Part shown: one piece after another, positions 55,271-60,146 of the stretch
How positions within the stretch are numbered: the first letter of the stretch is position 1
How the letters are laid out: each line of letters starts with the position of its first letter
NCBI GenBank assembly: GCA_947631285.1
Contig: CANRKS010000001.1
Coordinates: forward strand, 1 to 60,146
Source: an uncultured Bacilli bacterium
Lineage (GTDB): Bacteria; Bacillota_I; Bacilli_A; RF39; UBA660
DNA: 60,146 nt
Direction: 5' to 3'
Position numbers and translations under genes: made by a program
The notes under the pieces: generated by a model
Databases searched by the model: none
The model's input: the letters and a program-made list of their open reading frames with translations, nothing else
What the model was told of the DNA's origin: nothing

Positions 55271-56621
55271 TATTATATAATTTAATTAGAGCAAGAAAGA
55301 TATTGTGAAGGTTTTCTAAATCTTCCTTTTTTTTGGCTTCGCATCTAAGAGTTATATTAGGTCCTGTATTACTGCATCTAACATAGGCCCAGGCATCTTT
55401 AAAAGTAACTCTTAAGCCATCAATTTCTAAATAATGCCATTTTTTATTATCACAATATTTTCTAATATTTTCAATTACTTCTTTTTTAATTTCATCTTGA
55501 GAAGCAAATTTTTCTTCGCTAGTATTATAATAATGAGGAATAGTATTAACAAGGCTACTTAAAGTCTTATCTGTTTTACTAAGAATTTCTATTAATCTTA
55601 AAGAAGAATACATAGCACTTTCCGTACTAAATAAACGATCATTTAAGGAAATATGACCAACATATTGAATACCAAAAGGAATATTTTCTCTTAATATTTT
55701 TTCTTGGGTATAACTAGTTCCAGTCCGACATATAATTGGCGTTCCTCCTAATCTTTCAATTTCATCTTTAAAGGAAGAAGAACATTTAGGATCATATAAG
55801 AACTTTTTTTCTTTAACTTTATCAATAATATTTCTTAAAATTATAATGGCATAATCTTCAATTAAAACTTTATTACCAAGTTCATCAACAATGCCAATAC
55901 GATCTCCATCGCCATCAAAACCAATTCCTATGTCAGCTTTAATTTCTTTTACTTTTTCTTTTAACATGGAAAGATTTTCTTCAATAGAAGGATCGGGATG
56001 ATGGCTTGGAAAAGAACCATCAGATTCTTCATTAATAATAGTTAGATCAATGTTTAATTTAGAAAAAATATCTCTAGCAACGATACTAGTTACGCCATTG
56101 GCCGGATCAAGAACAACTTTTATTCTTTTTTTGCCAAATTTTAAATTACTGATAACATAATTTATATATTCATCTTTAATATCTTTTTGATAATATTCGC
56201 CTTGACCTTTTAAAAAATGACCTTCATCAAGATATTTCTTAAAATCTTTAATCATGCTACCACGAGCATTGGCATATTCATCAAAAGAAAATTTAAAACC
56301 ATTTTCATCTTTGGGATTATGACTAGCAGTAATCATAATTCCGTATAGATTATTTATATGCCTAGCATAGTAATGCATGGGAGTAGTTGTAATTCCATAA
56401 TCATAAACCGTAATACCTGTCTCTAATAATCCTTTAATTAAACTATCATGTAAGGCTGGACTAGAAAGACGATTATCCCGAGAAATAACACAAGCTTTCA
56501 TATCTAAATGTTCTTGCAGATATGAGCCATAACCAAGGCCTATTTGATAAGCTCCCTCTTCATTAATTTCACTTGGTACTTTGCCTCTAATATCATATTC
56601 TCTAAATATATTATCTTTCAT
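55266..56621 (-). CDS. phosphomannomutase/phosphoglucomutase (alpha-D-phosphohexomutase)
   Basis: FREYDIRG start, phosphoserine loop TASHNP, Mg site GFDGDGDR. 451 aa. Confidence 0.85.
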   Translation of the reverse strand: MKDNIFREYDIRGKVPSEINEEGAYQIGLGYGSYLQEHLDMKACVISRDNRLSSPALHDSLIKGLLETGITVYDYGITTTPMHYYARHINNLYGIMITASHNPKDENGFKFSFDEYANARGSMIKDFKKYLDEGHFLKGQGEYYQKDIKDEYINYVISNLKFGKKRIKVVLDPANGVTSIVARDIFSKLNIDLTIINEESDGSFPSHHPDPSIEENLSMLKEKVKEIKADIGIGFDGDGDRIGIVDELGNKVLIEDYAIIILRNIIDKVKEKKFLYDPKCSSSFKDEIERLGGTPIICRTGTSYTQEKILRENIPFGIQYVGHISLNDRLFSTESAMYSSLRLIEILSKTDKTLSSLVNTIPHYYNTSEEKFASQDEIKKEVIENIRKYCDNKKWHYLEIDGLRVTFKDAWAYVRCSNTGPNITLRCEAKKKEDLENLHNIFLALIKLYNK

Positions 56622-56708
56622 CTTTAAGCCCCTTTTCTACTTTCTTTTATTTTAGCATAAAACAGAAAAATTTTATAGCTTTAATTTACTAGTTAGAAAA
56701 GATTTAAG

Positions 56709-56737
56709 TTGACTAAAGATTAATTTTTGCATATAAT
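56709..56737 (+). promoter_or_regulatory. sigma-A promoter of the ileS leader
   Basis: TTGACT (56709-56714), 17 nt, TATAAT (56732-56737). Confidence 0.7.
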
Positions 56738-56744
56738 TTAAAGT

Positions 56745-56975
56745 ATGAATTTAAAGGCCGGGAATAAGACAAGTAAATTAAAGAGCTTTTAAAAGAGAGT
56801 TAGTGGTTGGTGAAAACTAATAAAAGAATTTAATTTATATCACTTAGGAGCTGTCCTTGGGAAAGAAAGTACTGAGGATTCGCAGCGATGCGTTAAAATA
56901 AGAAGATGAATAAAGTTCATAAATTAAGGTGGTACCACGGGAATACTCGTCCTTAAGTTTATGAACTTTTTTTAA
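56745..56975 (+). promoter_or_regulatory. T-box riboswitch leader, isoleucine specifier
   Basis: AGAGA element near 56803. Candidate specifier ATC-A at 56839-56842. T-box sequence AATTAAGGTGGTACCACGG at 56922-56940. Terminator arms at 56912-56929 and 56951-56969 (one bulge) plus a T7 run. Confidence 0.8.
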
Positions 56976-56989
56976 AGGAAGGTGTTAGT

Positions 56990-59900
56990 TTGAAAAAATT
57001 TGAAAGTTTGGATAGTAGAGAAGTATCTAAAGTAGAAGAAGCCATCAGAGAAAGATGGATTAAAGATAATATTTTAGATAGATGTATTAAAAATAGAGAT
57101 AATGATCCATATTGGGTTTTTTATGATGGACCAGCCACAGCGAATGGAATGCCTGGCCTTCATCATATGTTAGCTAAATTTTTAAAAGATACTTTTTGTA
57201 AATATAAAACGATGCAAGGCTATAAAGTTTTAAGAAAAATTGGTTGGGATACTCATGGACTTCCCGTTGAAGTGCAAGTTGAAAAAAATTTAGGCTTTTC
57301 CTCTAAAGGAGATATTGAAAACTATGGAATTGAAAAATTTAATAAAGAATGTCGACAAGCTGTCTGGGAAAATGAAAAAGCTTTTGCGGATCTTACTAAT
57401 AAAATGGGACAATTTATTGATTTAGATGATCCTTATATTACTTATAAAGATGATTATATCGAAACAGAATGGTGGATTTTAAAGAAATTTTTTGAAGCCG
57501 GTTTATTTTATGAAGGAAGTAAAATATTACCATATTGTCCAAGATGTGGAACAGGCTTAGCTTCTCATGAAGTAGCCCAAGGGTATAAAGAAGTTTCCGT
57601 TGAGACCGTTATTGTCCCAATGAAAAAGAAAGATGAAGATGCATACTTTTTGGTATGGACAACAACTCCATGGACTTTACTTGCCAATGTGGCTATTTGT
57701 GTAAATCCAAAAGAAGAATATGTTAAAGTTTTATCTAAAGGTTATAAATTCATTATTGCTAAATCTTTAGCTAATAAAGTTTTAGGAGATGATTATGAAG
57801 TTTTAGAAACTTATAAAGGTAAAGATTTAGAATATAGTGAATATGAACAATTAATTCCAATTCTTAAGGTTAATAAAAAAGCTTTCTTTGTAACTTGTGA
57901 TGAATATGTAACAATGGAAGATGGAACGGGTATTGTTCATATTGCTCCGGCTTATGGTGCAGATGACGCTACAGTTGGTAAAAATTATAATCTTCCATAT
58001 TTAAATCCTGTCGGAGAAGATGGTTGTTATACGGAAGGTCCTTGGAAGGGAATGCTTGTCTTTGACGCTGATGCCGAAGTTATTAAGTATTTAAAAGAAA
58101 ATGATAAATTATTTAGAAAACAAAAGATGGTTCACAATTATCCTCATTGTTGGCGTTGTAAATCACCCCTTATCTATTATTCGAAGCCATCTTTCTATTT
58201 AGAAATTACTAAATTAAAAGATAAAATTATTGAAAATAATAATAAAATTAATTGGTATCCATCTTATGTTGGTGAAAAAAGATTTGGTAATTGGTTAGAA
58301 AATTTAAATGATTGGGCTATTTCTCGTTCTCGTTATTGGGGAACTCCTCTTCCTTTATGGCGCTGTTCGTGTGGATATGATGAAATGATTGGCTCTAGAA
58401 AAGAATTAGTGGAAAGAGCTATTGAAAAAATTGATGAGACAATTGAACTTCATCGTCCTTATGTTGATGATATTCATCTTTTATGCCCTAAATGTGGTAA
58501 AGAGATGAGTAGATGTAAAGATGTAATTGATTGTTGGTTTGACTCTGGTAGTATGCCTTTTGCCCAATATCATTATCCTTTTGAAAATGAAGAATTATTT
58601 ATGAGTCAATTTCCAGCTGATTTTATCTGTGAAGGAATTGATCAAACCAGAGGTTGGTTCTATTCTTTACTGGTTATATCAACTTTTATTAAAGGAGTAT
58701 CTCCTTATAAAAATGTTTTAGTTAATGAATTATTACTTGATAAAAATGGTCAAAAAATGCATAAATCCAAAGGAAACGCTATTGAACCATTTACGATAAT
58801 GGAAAAATATGGCGCTGATACTGTTAGATGGTATTTACCTTATGTATCTCCTGTATGGACTCCTTTAAAATTTGATGAAGATGGTTTAAAAGAAGTATAT
58901 TCTAAATTCTTTAACCCTTTAAAAAATACTTATAATTTCTTTAGTATGTATGCCACGACTGATCAAATTGATATTGAAAAATGTCATATAAATATTAGCG
59001 ATCGTGAAGAAATTGATAAATGGCTACTTTCTAAATATAATAGTATGTTAAAAGAAGTAACTAATGGGTATGAAGAATATGATTTGAATAAAGTTGTGAG
59101 AATTATTACTAATTTTGTATCAGAAGATTTATCTAACTGGTATATAAGAAGATGTCGAAATCGTTTCTGGGGTAGTGAACTTGATAATTCTAAAAAAGCA
59201 GTTTATGGCACTACTTATGAAGTTTTATTAGGATTGTCAAAAATTATCGCCCCAATTGTTCCATATATTAGTGAAGAAATTTATACTCATTTAACTTCTA
59301 ATTATTCTGTTCATTTAGAAGATTTCCCTAAATATGATGAAGATTTAATTGATAAAGCTTTAGAAGAAAAAATGGATTTAGTTAGAAATATAATTTCTAT
59401 GGGTAGAATGGTTAGAGAAGATGCTAAAATTAAAGTAAGAACACCTTTAAAAGAAGCCATTATTGAAGTTAAAGTATATGATAAAATTGCGGATTTAGTT
59501 CCTCTAATCCTAGAAGAATTAAATGTTAAAGAAATAATTCCTGAAACTCAACTTTCTAAATATATGAATATTTCTCTAAAACCCAATTATAAAGAAGTGG
59601 GTAAAATATTTGGTTCAAAAATAAAAGAATATGAAGAATTTTTACAAAATACTTCTTTAGATGAATTAAATAAAGAAACAGTTAAATTTAATGATACATT
59701 AATTACTAAAGATATGTATGAAGTAAAAATATCTTCTAAAGAGGGATTTAATGTAGGAGTAATGGATAATCTATTTATTATTCTTAATACTAATTTAACA
59801 GAAGATTTAATTTGGGAAGGTCATGCTCGAGAATTTATTTCTAAAATTCAAAATATGCGTAAATCAATGGGCTTAGATGTAAGTGATCGCATAGTTATCT

Positions 59901-60058
59901 ATTATGATAGTGAAGAATTTAAAGATATAATTTTAAAATATAAAGAGTATATTCAAAATGAAACTTTAGCCGTTGAAATTAAAGAAGAACATTTAGAAAA
60001 AGAAGAAGTAAATGTTAATGGTATTAAAGTTTTAGTTAATATTGAAAAGGTAAAATAG
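56990..60058 (+). CDS. ileS: isoleucine--tRNA ligase, type 2 (eukaryote/Thermus-like)
   Basis: TTG start behind AAAGGAAGGTG, 1022 aa. WVFYDGPATANGMPGLHHMLAK, GWDTHGLPVE, PYCPRCGT.L.SHEV, KMHKSKGN (KMSKS). The layout parallels T. thermophilus IleRS. Confidence 0.9.
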   Translation: MKKFESLDSREVSKVEEAIRERWIKDNILDRCIKNRDNDPYWVFYDGPATANGMPGLHHMLAKFLKDTFCKYKTMQGYKVLRKIGWDTHGLPVEVQVEKNLGFSSKGDIENYGIEKFNKECRQAVWENEKAFADLTNKMGQFIDLDDPYITYKDDYIETEWWILKKFFEAGLFYEGSKILPYCPRCGTGLASHEVAQGYKEVSVETVIVPMKKKDEDAYFLVWTTTPWTLLANVAICVNPKEEYVKVLSKGYKFIIAKSLANKVLGDDYEVLETYKGKDLEYSEYEQLIPILKVNKKAFFVTCDEYVTMEDGTGIVHIAPAYGADDATVGKNYNLPYLNPVGEDGCYTEGPWKGMLVFDADAEVIKYLKENDKLFRKQKMVHNYPHCWRCKSPLIYYSKPSFYLEITKLKDKIIENNNKINWYPSYVGEKRFGNWLENLNDWAISRSRYWGTPLPLWRCSCGYDEMIGSRKELVERAIEKIDETIELHRPYVDDIHLLCPKCGKEMSRCKDVIDCWFDSGSMPFAQYHYPFENEELFMSQFPADFICEGIDQTRGWFYSLLVISTFIKGVSPYKNVLVNELLLDKNGQKMHKSKGNAIEPFTIMEKYGADTVRWYLPYVSPVWTPLKFDEDGLKEVYSKFFNPLKNTYNFFSMYATTDQIDIEKCHINISDREEIDKWLLSKYNSMLKEVTNGYEEYDLNKVVRIITNFVSEDLSNWYIRRCRNRFWGSELDNSKKAVYGTTYEVLLGLSKIIAPIVPYISEEIYTHLTSNYSVHLEDFPKYDEDLIDKALEEKMDLVRNIISMGRMVREDAKIKVRTPLKEAIIEVKVYDKIADLVPLILEELNVKEIIPETQLSKYMNISLKPNYKEVGKIFGSKIKEYEEFLQNTSLDELNKETVKFNDTLITKDMYEVKISSKEGFNVGVMDNLFIILNTNLTEDLIWEGHAREFISKIQNMRKSMGLDVSDRIVIYYDSEEFKDIILKYKEYIQNETLAVEIKEEHLEKEEVNVNGIKVLVNIEKVK

Positions 60059-60100
60059 AAGGAAAAACCCGAGACTGCTGAAAAAGTAGTTAAAATTAAA

Positions 60101-60139
60101 ACTGATATTTAGAATTAATTTCTAGTTATCAGTTTTTTT
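60101..60139 (+). terminator. intrinsic terminator of ileS
   Basis: ACTGATA...TATCAGT outer stem with inner TAGAA/TTCTA pairing, followed by a T7 run. Confidence 0.7.
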
Positions 60140-60146
60140 ATGATTT

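Noticed and set aside
1-60146. Search for CRISPR arrays, IS elements or transposases, integrases, prophage blocks, tRNA and rRNA genes.
   Set aside because: I found no regularly spaced direct repeats, no DDE, serine or tyrosine recombinase-like ORFs, and no tRNA or rRNA-like conserved stretches. The window looks like core chromosome plus a glycopolymer locus.
1-60146. Possibility of Mollicutes-type genetic code 4 (TGA = Trp), given the extreme AT content.
   Set aside because: TGA ends ORFs at the expected family lengths (for example tagG at 26089-26091 and 1844..2815). Trp is encoded by TGG in conserved motifs such as DPWPKK in TrmB. Sporulation genes also argue against Mollicutes.

Overview
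This 60-kb window is a chromosomal segment of a very AT-rich, endospore-forming Bacillota. The standard genetic code applies. Gene content looks Erysipelotrichia/Clostridia-like, but I cannot assign a taxon by eye. I call 60 CDS, 51 of them on the + strand. I found no rRNA, tRNA, CRISPR array, transposase or integrase.

Recognisable core and sporulation genes:
- trmB, ytxG/ytxH-like genes, and dacB-spmA-spmB
- rluB, a ferredoxin, and yunB
- yutD, yutH and nifU(yutI)-like genes, an S1-domain protein, and uppP
- spoVIF and a gerK-type gerA-C-B operon
- rlmCD, murI, deoD and a PMM/PGM
- a T-box(Ile)-controlled type-2 ileS

The centre of the window (22.0-39.1 kb) is a large cell-wall glycopolymer locus. 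It encodes TagO, a Wzy/ligase-like::TagA fusion, TagGH, several glycosyltransferases, two Glf-like flavoenzymes, a GT-C-like membrane protein and MnaA. It has no TagB/D/F.

The regions most worth a second look:
1. 340-3279: an orphan cassette of four prepilin-like, Cys-bearing proteins that share an M-[KR]-E-[AS]-x-G leader. It also encodes a Walker-A-dead TadZ/MinD-like protein and a VirB2/TrbC-like protein.
2. 39432-44384: a 1312-aa secreted protein with about 50 cysteines and CPxDPDC repeats, preceded by an N/P-rich membrane protein.
3. 18556-21901: a dockerin-bearing GH73-like peptidoglycan hydrolase next to a membrane-anchored cohesin protein, behind an 11-2-11 palindrome.
4. Two unknown modules at 48444-50369 and 52439-54416.

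All functional calls rest on motif recognition by eye. No database search was possible.
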